Positions 9,201 through 16,797 of a stretch of 64,000 nt of DNA are shown here, piece after piece. This stretch comes from an uncultured delta proteobacterium. Lineage in GTDB: Bacteria > Myxococcota_A > Polyangia > Polyangiales > Polyangiaceae. The notes under the pieces were generated by a model. That model saw only the letters and a program-made list of their open reading frames with translations. It was not told the origin of the DNA and did not search any database. Every line of letters begins with the position of its first letter. Positions within the stretch are counted from its first letter, which is position 1. The translations under genes and the position numbers were made by a program. The DNA is taken from the NCBI GenBank assembly GCA_963782055.1, contig CAWAIF010000003.1, positions 3,360,001-3,424,000 on the forward strand, read 5' to 3'.

Positions 9201-11367
9201 GCTGCGCCTCGGCGCGCGGCTCGCCGGCGCTCTGCCCGCGCTGCGTGGCGGCGAAGGCCGCACGGTCCCAGCGCTCGGCCGCGACGAAGCACCGCTCCGC
9301 CGCCTCCCACAGCTTCGCGCTGCGCTGCGCCTCGGCGGCGTCGACGTAGGCCTCGCCCGCGGCGTCGGCGTCGCCGAGCTGCTCGCGCAGCTCGCCGAGG
9401 CGCTCGAGGAGCTGCCCGCGCGCGACGACGTCGTCGAGCGACCCGGCGCTGTCGGCGATGACCTGCGCGGCCTCGACGATCTGCCCGCCCTTCTCGAAGA
9501 GCTTGGACGCGGTGCTCACCGCGCGGTCGTCGTCGGGCGTCAGGGCGGCGATGCGCGACCAGGCCTCCGCCGCGGCGATGAAGTCCCGGCGCTTCTGCTC
9601 GTGGAGGCCGGCGAGCTTCTTCTCCAGGGCGATCTTGGTGTCGACGTCGGCGGCGGCGCTCGCCTCCGACTCGAGGAGGTTGGTGAGATCGTCCCAGCGC
9701 TGCGCCTTCTCCAGGATGCGCGTGAGGGACTGCCGCGCGCTGTCGTCGCTGCGGTCGATGGCGAGCAGCTGCTTGAGCGCGGCGACCGCGCCGTCCACGT
9801 CGCGCAGGTTGCCCTCGCAGATGCCGGCGACCTCGCGCAGACGCTCCTTGCGCGTGTCCAGCGACTCGCGCGAGCCGGACACGGCGCGCACGCTGTTGAG
9901 CAGGACGTCACGGAGGGTGGAGTAGTCGCGCTTGCTGCGCAGGTAGTCCTCCACCCACGCCAGCGCCTCCGGGTGCGTCGGGTCGGTCTCCAGGACCTCC
10001 TTGTATTTTGCGAAGGCCTCGGCGCGCTTGTTCTTGCCGGCGAGCATCTGCGCGGCGTCGAGCACGCCCTGGAGGCGATCGGGCGGGAGGCCGCTGACGC
10101 GCTTGGGCTCCACCGCCACGGGCGCGGCGGAGATGGCCGCGGCAGGTGGGGCGGACGCGGACGGCGCGGCCTGGGGAGGGGGACGGCGCGACGGCACCGG
10201 CGGCGGCGCGCCCTGCGGGGCGCCCTGCGCGTACAGATCGGCGAGCTTGGCGGCGGCCGCGGCGTCGGAGTCGCGGATGGGCTCCAGGATGGAGGCGGCC
10301 TCCGCGAGCTGGCCGTTCATCTCGTAGCTGAGCGAGAGCGCCTGGCGCGCGTCGGCCGCCATCGACCCGCGGGGGTTGCTCGTCACGTACGCGAGGTAGC
10401 GCGAGAGCGCCTCCGGCTCGCGCTGCATGGTACGTGCATAATACACGAGAAGCTGCATGCCCCGCTCGTGGGCGGGGTCGAGGTCCAGCGCGGCGCCGGC
10501 GTAGGCGAGGCCGTGGTCGCCGTCGTAGACCTCCGCCAGCCCGACGAGGAGCTCGGCGGCGGGGGCGCGCTCGTCCATGGCCACGTTCTCGCCGGCCTGC
10601 ACGCGATCCAGGATGCTCGACGCGTACTCCTGCTGCAGCGCGGGATCCTGGTCGTCGACCTGCCGCGCGCGGCCGAGCGCGCGCGAGGTGCCGGGCAGGT
10701 CTCCGGCGGCGCGGCGGGCGGCGGCCTCGTCGCGCAGCAGCGCGGCCTGGCGGGTGGGGTCGGTCTCCAGCGCGAGCTCCGCCTCGTACAGGGGGAACGC
10801 TTCTTCGTACTGGCCGAGCGACTTGAGCAGCTCGCGCGCCTGGAAGATGGCGTACGCGCTCTGCGGGTCGATCTCCAGCGCGCGGCGGTAGCTGTCCACC
10901 GCCTTGCGCGGCTGCGAGAGCGGCGGCTCCGACCAGAGGCGACCGAGCTCCTCGTACATGCCGGCGACCTCGCCGCGCAGCTCCGGGCTCTGCGTGAGGA
11001 GCGGCGTGAGCGCCTTCGCGCGGCGGTCGAGCAGCGCGACGAGCGCCTTCACGTCGCCCTTGTCGCGGTAGAGCTGCGCCAGCCGCTCGGCGGCGACCTG
11101 CTGGGTGGGGTCGCGGTCGATGGCGGTCATGAGCACGCGCGCGGCGCGGTGCGCGTCACCCAGCGCGGTCATCCACACGTTGGCGGCCTCGCTCAGCCAG
11201 TGCGCGGAGTAGGCGGCGTCGGGCGTCTCGTTGCCCACGCGCTCGAGCAGCATGGCGTACGACTTCGGATCCGTCGCACCGGCCTGGTGCGCGTACGCGA
11301 GCGCTTCTTCGTCGTGCGGGTTGGCGACGAGGCGCTGAAGGAGCGCTTCGATTTCGCTCGGATCCAT
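6295..11367 (-). CDS. Giant TPR-repeat protein (~1690 aa) with a Pro-rich, acidic C-terminal tail
   Basis: Many TPR-like repeats (A..Y..ALE.DP, LA.LYE....W..L..LL). No signal peptide seen. Resembles myxobacterial AgmK-type TPR proteins. Confidence 0.85.
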   Translation of the reverse strand: MDPSEIEALLQRLVANPHDEEALAYAHQAGATDPKSYAMLLERVGNETPDAAYSAHWLSEAANVWMTALGDAHRAARVLMTAIDRDPTQQVAAERLAQLYRDKGDVKALVALLDRRAKALTPLLTQSPELRGEVAGMYEELGRLWSEPPLSQPRKAVDSYRRALEIDPQSAYAIFQARELLKSLGQYEEAFPLYEAELALETDPTRQAALLRDEAAARRAAGDLPGTSRALGRARQVDDQDPALQQEYASSILDRVQAGENVAMDERAPAAELLVGLAEVYDGDHGLAYAGAALDLDPAHERGMQLLVYYARTMQREPEALSRYLAYVTSNPRGSMAADARQALSLSYEMNGQLAEAASILEPIRDSDAAAAAKLADLYAQGAPQGAPPPVPSRRPPPQAAPSASAPPAAAISAAPVAVEPKRVSGLPPDRLQGVLDAAQMLAGKNKRAEAFAKYKEVLETDPTHPEALAWVEDYLRSKRDYSTLRDVLLNSVRAVSGSRESLDTRKERLREVAGICEGNLRDVDGAVAALKQLLAIDRSDDSARQSLTRILEKAQRWDDLTNLLESEASAAADVDTKIALEKKLAGLHEQKRRDFIAAAEAWSRIAALTPDDDRAVSTASKLFEKGGQIVEAAQVIADSAGSLDDVVARGQLLERLGELREQLGDADAAGEAYVDAAEAQRSAKLWEAAERCFVAAERWDRAAFAATQRGQSAGEPRAEAQLYAHAAELLLRAGDEPGALEKLQQATDLDPVNDEYAGALGERLTATDSWPELVAFLSKRGNRITDRTKRVAIRREAATLYATKLGDREASREQWLKVLEDGDDCEALEKLIDYAVEREDHTEATTLLRRLGSIAVDTADKARVALREAELLAEGVGDVDTAILRYESVLSDLDPTCRPALQAIADLQEARDNFASAADALERELKLVADTTERGQIAARLARLYDRLDDPKQAIRALDLVRKADPEDFDALARLCELCEKIEQWDRVAELLAQRIEVEGDEDDAADMTLKLCAILADRLNRGDEALAALTELADLGNLHLRAAYVELGDRLGWKGLVASKLCDWWMDARGGPERTEALRGAFDRFAEVGRDQDAMRVAMEIVRAKGADLDLAGRLEELAVRAADQDALFVAHDILLRDLSGPERATELVRQAEARAKAGATSAEAINHGEQGMTSVAPTDAEPLLERLAALADKPADVVELYERQVSRCKAPADRTRALARAAQVAGARGMTDRARTFFELALTGVPTDETLTLLEETAAEGDRQTGVEKLRRALCAALAAGGGGARDGGKTRGALLRRAATLSFRGLRDVDQAFGWMGDALVAHVDPSTLDALEDLAKEVGDLSRAEAAISHALTEVFDGPLVRQLLSQRAKLRRTELNDKAGAAADLKKLHDLSPNEPAVMDELSSLLTELGDYRGMVQLYEDQILRGKDMTTRAELARKVARMWEEQLQDPREAADAWRRVLRMKSGDPEAQAGLERAKANMLKKPDPGASDAYAPPKPPTLEDLPDSTNPSMPTPSTGKLSQPTPVAFTPRPMEMPTDTGAIVAALTDTSETPAGQPPRSQPPRSQPPKSQRDSEFPTVAVPADQVAAIMQANSPSRAEPGSHPALADASKTPVPPPSDMLSSTDERPAIDFNDETIARPFQGAEAAGEDDEEIMVVDDIAEIVEDDEEDEGGTGSVPPPLPGR

Positions 11368-11469
11368 GTGCGCGCGGAGGCTATCCCCTTTCGTTTCTGC
11401 AATCAATCAGCGGAAAACCGGGCCAGGCCTCGTCGCGCGAGTCCGGCGCCGGCGAGGGCGGGTCGAGGG

Positions 11470-13020
11470 CTATTCGAGAATGCCGTAGCGGCCGGACGTC
11501 CCCGTCGAGGAGGCGGCCGGAGCGGTGTGCTTGGGCGTGCGGATCGTGTGGCGCGGGTGGTGGACCGTGTGGGTCGGCGCGGGGGCGGCGGTGGCGACGG
11601 CGGAGGCCGAGGCGGTGGGCTCTGCCGTCGCCGTGTCCGCGGTGGTCGCCGCCGTGGTCGCGGGCGGGGGCGGCACCGGCGCGGCGGTGGCCACGGTCGG
11701 CTCGGGCGGAGCATCCGACCGCATCAGCCACACGGCCAGCGCGCCGCCTGCGAGCAGCAGCAGCAGGGCGGCGAGGCCGACGCCCAGCGCCAGCGGCCAG
11801 CGCGAGGTCGGCAGGACGACCGCGGGCGCCTCCAGCGAGTCGGCGGCGTTGGGCGGGGGCGGGTTGGAGAGCACGCGGCGCGCCTCGGCGAGCGTCGCGC
11901 CGGCGAGCGACGCGCGCACCCCGCTCGTCATGGACCCGCGCGCGAGCTCCATCGCGTGCCCGAGCTCGCTCGCCATGGCGTCGGCGTTCGGCGGGCGCTT
12001 GTTCGGGTCCTTCGACATCGCCCGGAACACCACGCGCTCGAGCTCCGGCGGGATGCGCGCCTCCGGGCACACGTCGGCGAAGGGCTTGGGGTTGGACTTG
12101 ATGTGCCGCGCCATGACGATGATGGCGTCGTCGTCGGTGTACGGCGGGCGGCCGCTCAGCATGTGATAGAGGATCACGCCAAGCGAGTAGAGATCGCTGC
12201 GCGCGTCGAGCGGCTTGGCCTGCGCCTGCTCCGGCGACATGTAACGTGGCGTACCGAAGACCGTCCCCGCCTGCGTCTCGATGGCGTTCATCGGGCCGGC
12301 GCCCTCGCCGAACATCTTGGCGATGCCGAAGTCCAGGACCTTGATGATCTCCTCCGGCTGGCCGCTGGCGTTGACCACGTGGGCGAAGAAGAGGTTGTCC
12401 GGCTTCAGGTCACGGTGGACGATGCCCTTGTGGTGCGCCTCCGCCAGGGAGCGCAGCGCCTGGCGCGCCACCTCCACGGCGACCTCGGCGGTGACGCGCT
12501 TCTCCCGCTGAAGGCGCTGGCCGACCGACTCGCCCTCCAGCAGCTCCATGGCGAGGTAGAGCTCGCCCGTCTCGCTCTGGCCGAAGTCGTAGACGGTGAC
12601 GGTGTTGGGGGAGACGAGCACGCTGTTGGCGCGCGCCTCCCGCAGGAAGCGGGCCTTGGCGGCGTCGTCGACGGCGCGGTCGCTGCGCAGGATCTTGATG
12701 GCCACCTCGCGCCCGATGGCGAGCTGCCTGGCGCGGTAGACCGCGCCCATCGACCCGGCGCCCAGCTTGGCGACGACGGTGAAGCGCTCGGCGAGCGTGC
12801 GGCCGAGCATGCTGTCGCCGGAGGCGTCCGCCATGTCCTGCGCGCGCAGGAGGAAGCCGCCGTCGTGCGGGCAGTGTGTCGGCGCGCCGGCGCCCTCGTC
12901 GAAGCGACGGTGACACGTCGGACACACGAGGCCGTGGACCTTGCGCAGCGAGGGCGCGGTGTCGTCAGGGTGATGTCGGGAAGGGAGCGACACGCAAATT
13001 TCCGGGCGGTCCGGGCCCAT
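11470..13020 (-). CDS. Membrane Ser/Thr protein kinase with an N-terminal Zn-ribbon
   Basis: CPTC..CPHDG, LGAGSMGAVY, VAIK, HRDLKPDN, DFG, GTPRYMSPE, and a TM helix near the C-terminus. True start is probably slightly downstream of 13020. Confidence 0.9.
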   Translation of the reverse strand: MGPDRPEICVSLPSRHHPDDTAPSLRKVHGLVCPTCHRRFDEGAGAPTHCPHDGGFLLRAQDMADASGDSMLGRTLAERFTVVAKLGAGSMGAVYRARQLAIGREVAIKILRSDRAVDDAAKARFLREARANSVLVSPNTVTVYDFGQSETGELYLAMELLEGESVGQRLQREKRVTAEVAVEVARQALRSLAEAHHKGIVHRDLKPDNLFFAHVVNASGQPEEIIKVLDFGIAKMFGEGAGPMNAIETQAGTVFGTPRYMSPEQAQAKPLDARSDLYSLGVILYHMLSGRPPYTDDDAIIVMARHIKSNPKPFADVCPEARIPPELERVVFRAMSKDPNKRPPNADAMASELGHAMELARGSMTSGVRASLAGATLAEARRVLSNPPPPNAADSLEAPAVVLPTSRWPLALGVGLAALLLLLAGGALAVWLMRSDAPPEPTVATAAPVPPPPATTAATTADTATAEPTASASAVATAAPAPTHTVHHPRHTIRTPKHTAPAASSTGTSGRYGILE

Positions 13021-13075
13021 TCCGGGCGGATCGGGGTATCGTCGCTCGCCCGGGGCGAACGCGCAAGCGCGGACG

Positions 13076-13912
13076 TTACTTGCGTGGGTCCTTGCGCAGG
13101 GGCAGGACGTTGCGGGGGTCGCAGACCACCGAGACCTCCGGGGCGAGCAGCCGCGCCGGGGGGGTGATGGTGGTGATGTCCACGCCCTCCCGCACCCGCC
13201 GCGCCTCCAGGTGCAGGTGCACCAGCTCGGGCGAGCCCGTGTCCCCGACCGTGCCCACCACGTCCCCCGCGCGCAGGCGCGCGCCCTTGGTCAGGCCGGG
13301 CGCCGGCGCGTCCAGGTGCCCGAAGAGCACGATGTAGTCGCGCAGGCCGCCTCCCTCGCGCAGGGTGTGGCGGGTGACCACCGTGTTGCCGAAGAGGGGG
13401 CCGACGTAGACCACGTCGGCGTCGCCTTGCTGGTTCTCCAGCGGCACCATGTGGATGGGGGTGCCCTTCGCCTGCGGCAGGTCCACGCCGCCGTGCCCCA
13501 CGGCGTGGAGGGTCGGTCCGCGGCGCTGCGTCAGGTCCGGCCGGTCCAGGTCGAAGCCGGACACGACGCTGTGGCCGCCGGGCAGCCCGGGGGGCACCGG
13601 GTAGACGTACGCGTCGTAGTCCGCGGGTCTGTCGGGGCGTCGGGGGATCTCGTCGTAGACGATCCACTCGCCCGAGCGGTTGTGGTGGGCGTTGCGCGCC
13701 AGCGGCGAGGCGGGGACCGAGGGCGTGAGGTGGACGCACGCGCGGCCGTCGGCGAAGAGGCCCGGTCCGCACTCGGCGCCGTCGGTCGCGGGATGGGCCG
13801 CGGTGGCGGGGGCGGCGGAGGCCTCGTGCACCACCCAGTGCGGCAGGCTCCCCCGGGGGGCGAGGACCCCCACGGCGAGGGTGGCGGCCGCGAGGGCGAA
13901 CGTCCGGTGCAT
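13076..13912 (-). CDS. M23 family metallopeptidase
   Basis: Signal peptide, HGGVD (HxxxD), GTVGDTG and HLH motifs. Confidence 0.85.
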   Translation of the reverse strand: MHRTFALAAATLAVGVLAPRGSLPHWVVHEASAAPATAAHPATDGAECGPGLFADGRACVHLTPSVPASPLARNAHHNRSGEWIVYDEIPRRPDRPADYDAYVYPVPPGLPGGHSVVSGFDLDRPDLTQRRGPTLHAVGHGGVDLPQAKGTPIHMVPLENQQGDADVVYVGPLFGNTVVTRHTLREGGGLRDYIVLFGHLDAPAPGLTKGARLRAGDVVGTVGDTGSPELVHLHLEARRVREGVDITTITPPARLLAPEVSVVCDPRNVLPLRKDPRK

Positions 13913-13991
13913 CTCCCAAGGATAACCCGCCCGGGCGGCCGCGGCTTCCCGTCCGTTGCGCCCGCCGAGTCGCGCGCGCTACAAGAACGCC

Positions 13992-14642
13992 ATGCCAAGC
14001 GATCTCGCGCCGCGCCTCGCGTCGCTCTTCGAGGCCGAGCGCACGGTGCGCCGGCTGCACGCCGAGCTCCTCCGTGGCGATCACGCCGCGCTCGCGGCCG
14101 CCCTGGAGCGGGCGGCGAAGGAGGCCGCCGGCCTGCCCGACGCCCCCGAGGCGAACGTGCGTCTGGTGCGCGTGGCCGAGCTGCTCGCCGAGGTGGAGGG
14201 CGCGCGCTCGGTCGACGTGCTGGTCGACATCATGGGCAGCGATCACCCGGAGGCGCGTCTCTCGGCGGGCGAGGCGCTGGAAGAGCGCGGCTACTCCCGC
14301 TTCAAGGAGCTCGCGCTGGGGGTGGAGCGCGCGCTGGAGCGACTCCCGCCCAGCAGCCCCGCGCTGGTCGAGCTGCCGTACCTGCTCGCCGAGATCCCCG
14401 AGCCTGGCGTGATGAAGCTGCTGGGCATGTTCCTGAAGCAGAAGGAGCCGGGCCCGGTGGCGGCGGCGATCGAGGCGCTGGTGGAGGTGGGCGATCCCGC
14501 CGCCAAGCGGCTGCTCGAGCCGCTCTGCGCCGACGAGCGGCACGTCTCGATGGAGGACGAGGGCGGCGACGAGGGCCACGTGGCCATCGGCGAGCTGGCG
14601 ACGGAGGCGGTGGAGATGCTCGAGCGCGGCGGGCGTCCATGA
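13992..14642 (+). CDS. HEAT-repeat protein
   Basis: Repeats such as PEARLSAGEAL and PVAAAIEALVEVGDPAA. ATG at 13992. Confidence 0.75.
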   Translation: MPSDLAPRLASLFEAERTVRRLHAELLRGDHAALAAALERAAKEAAGLPDAPEANVRLVRVAELLAEVEGARSVDVLVDIMGSDHPEARLSAGEALEERGYSRFKELALGVERALERLPPSSPALVELPYLLAEIPEPGVMKLLGMFLKQKEPGPVAAAIEALVEVGDPAAKRLLEPLCADERHVSMEDEGGDEGHVAIGELATEAVEMLERGGRP

Positions 14643-15484
14643 CGACGCCCGCGCCGTCGGAGGTGGCCTCGCGCCCCGGCCCGCGGCTCGGCCCGGCGGA
14701 CGCGGCCATCTTCGAGACGTTCGTGGTGCCGCGCTACCTGTCCCTCTTCGGCGAGCTGGCGCTGGAGAGCGTCGTGGAGAGCGAGGGCGCGCAGCTCGTC
14801 CACCTGGGCTGCCGCACAGGCTACCCCGACCGCGGCCTGGCGATGAAGCTGCAGGGCGCGGCGGTCTTCGGTGTGGACGAGTCGCACGCCGCCATCGAGC
14901 TGGCCGGGGCGAAGGCCGCGACCATGCCGAACATGATGTACAACTACCGCGTCGGCGACGCCTACCCGGCGCCGCTGCCCGACGCCGCCTTCTCGCACGC
15001 GCTGTCGATCCATCCGCTCGCCGCGCCGAACTCGCGCGCGCTGCTCATCGCCGAGATGCACCGGCTGCTCGCGCCGTCCGGGCAGATGGTCCTGGCGCTG
15101 CCGATGCGCGGGTCCTTCCTGGAGGTGGCCGACATCCTGCGCGAGTGCGGGCTCAAGACCGACGACTCCGCGCTGACGGCCGCGGTCGACCGCGCGATGG
15201 CGCGGCGTCCGACGGTGGAGGCGCTCGCCTCCGAGATCGAGGAGGCGGGGTTCGAGTACGTCGACGTGAGCCTGCGCCCCGCCACGATCACCTTCCCGAG
15301 CGGCCGCGCCTTCGCCGAGGACCCGATCACGCGGCTCCTTCTGCTGCCCGAGTTCCGGATCAACCTGGAGATGGAGGACCTCTCCGGGCCGATGGACTAC
15401 GTGCGCGACGCGATCGACAAGTACTGGAGCGAGAGCGAGTTCGAGCTCACGGTCAACGTCGGCTGCGCCACCGGCCGCCGCTGA
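14639..15484 (+). CDS. Class I SAM-dependent methyltransferase-like protein with a degenerate motif I
   Basis: LVHLGCRTG, VFGVD, LPDAAFS and EMHRLLAPSG motifs. ATGA overlap with the HEAT gene. Confidence 0.75.
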   Translation: MTTPAPSEVASRPGPRLGPADAAIFETFVVPRYLSLFGELALESVVESEGAQLVHLGCRTGYPDRGLAMKLQGAAVFGVDESHAAIELAGAKAATMPNMMYNYRVGDAYPAPLPDAAFSHALSIHPLAAPNSRALLIAEMHRLLAPSGQMVLALPMRGSFLEVADILRECGLKTDDSALTAAVDRAMARRPTVEALASEIEEAGFEYVDVSLRPATITFPSGRAFAEDPITRLLLLPEFRINLEMEDLSGPMDYVRDAIDKYWSESEFELTVNVGCATGRR

Positions 15485-15488
15485 TCTG

Positions 15489-15537
15489 CCTCACCCCCCA
15501 GCCCCCTCCTCTCCACCACGTGGAGAGGGGGAGAAGG
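15489..15537. repeat. REP-like palindromic element, copy B
   Basis: cctcaccccccagccccctcctctccaccacgtggagagggggagaagg with hairpin CTCTCCAC/GTGGAGAG, between convergent genes. Confidence 0.6.
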
Positions 15538-15548
15538 AAGGAGGGGCC

Positions 15549-16532
15549 TCAGCGGCAGTAGCCGTCGATGCAGACGAGGCCGTTGGCGCAGTTCTTCCCG
15601 ATCGTCGGGTCGCAGTCGCTGCCCAGGTTGGAGTCGGAGCCGCACACCTGGTAGCTGCCGCTCTGGGTGGTGACCTGCTTGCAGATGTTGAACTTGTCGG
15701 CGTTCTTGCAGGAGTTCGGCGTGCCGTCGCAGGCGATGTAGCAGTTGTGGCGCAGGCAGATGCTGCCCGTCGCGCAGGCGTCCTGCACGCCCTCCTTCGC
15801 GCAGACGAAGTTGGGCTTCTGGTTGGGCATACAGCCGTCGTTGATGCACACCAGGCCGCCAGAGCAGCTGTTGCCCGCGCCGCACGGGGCGTCGCAGTGG
15901 CCCTGCACGCAGACGTCGCCGCCGGTGCACTGCGCGTTGGTGGTGCAGGGGTTGGGGTTGCCGGTGCACACGCCCTTGCCCAGATCGCACGCGTAACCGG
16001 TGGGGCAGGGGGTGTTGGCGTCGCAGGAGGGGGTGCACACGCCCTGGACGCACTGCTCGTTCGCCCCGCACTGCGTGGCGTCGGCGCACTGATCGGGGGG
16101 GGCGGTGCACTCGCTGTTCAAGCACTTGGCGCCGGCGCCCAGGCCGGAGCACTCGCTGTCGCTGAAGCACCCGGAGTAGCCGGCGTCGGTGCCGCCGTCG
16201 GTGCCGCCGTTGGAGACGCACGCGGCCTGGCCGTTCTGCACCTTGCAGGTGTAGCCGCTCACGCAGCCGTTCTGCGAGCAGTCACCGGGGTGGCAGGTGC
16301 CATCGGAGCCGCAGGTGCTACCCACCGAGCACTGGCTCGGGGCCGAGCAATCGTTGCCACCCGGGGCGAGCTGGCACTGCCCGCTCACGCACTGGTAGCC
16401 GTTGCCGCAGTCGGCATCCGTCCCGCAGTTCTGACCGACGTAGTGTCCGCCGTCGCCGGAGTAGATGGGGCAGCCGCCGAGCAGCGCGATGCCGAGCCCA
16501 CCGAAGAAACACAACGAAAAGAGTCGCTTCAT
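15549..16532 (-). CDS. Cys-rich repeat lipoprotein
   Basis: Lipobox ALLGGC and tandem CxxxxxC..C..G.C repeats. Confidence 0.85.
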   Translation of the reverse strand: MKRLFSLCFFGGLGIALLGGCPIYSGDGGHYVGQNCGTDADCGNGYQCVSGQCQLAPGGNDCSAPSQCSVGSTCGSDGTCHPGDCSQNGCVSGYTCKVQNGQAACVSNGGTDGGTDAGYSGCFSDSECSGLGAGAKCLNSECTAPPDQCADATQCGANEQCVQGVCTPSCDANTPCPTGYACDLGKGVCTGNPNPCTTNAQCTGGDVCVQGHCDAPCGAGNSCSGGLVCINDGCMPNQKPNFVCAKEGVQDACATGSICLRHNCYIACDGTPNSCKNADKFNICKQVTTQSGSYQVCGSDSNLGSDCDPTIGKNCANGLVCIDGYCR

Positions 16533-16580
16533 GGCGTATCGTCTCCGCGACGGCTCCAAGGGCCGCCTGCTCAGCAGTCT

Positions 16581-16596
16581 AGCAATGCGCGTGCCT
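16581..16596 (-). promoter_or_regulatory. sigma54 (-24/-12) promoter
   Basis: Minus strand AGGCACGCGCATTGCT fits GG-N10-GC and TGGCAC-N5-TTGC, about 50 bp upstream of the ATG at 16532. Confidence 0.65.
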
Positions 16597-16797
16597 CGGA
16601 CAATGCGTGGAAGACCTAGGCATTTTTGGGCAGGCCGTGGGGCGCCTGTGCACGGGGGTTCACGCCCGATGTGGACCGTTGGCCTGCTTCTTCGTAACGT
16701 TGGGCGGTCCGGCGCCAACCAAGCCGGGCGGCTGGCACCAGGCCCGTGGCCGGAAGGTTGTCGGCGACTTGCTCTCGTGTGACAAGACCCACGAACG

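Noticed and set aside
6289..13167. 2292-aa plus-strand ORF and other long ORFs (18816-23321, 22846-27168, 51878-54940)
   Set aside because: Antisense or shadow frames of real genes. Stops are rare at this GC content and the translations carry no recognisable motifs.
16733..16750. TGGCAC upstream of 16798 as a sigma54 promoter
   Set aside because: No GC at the required spacing.
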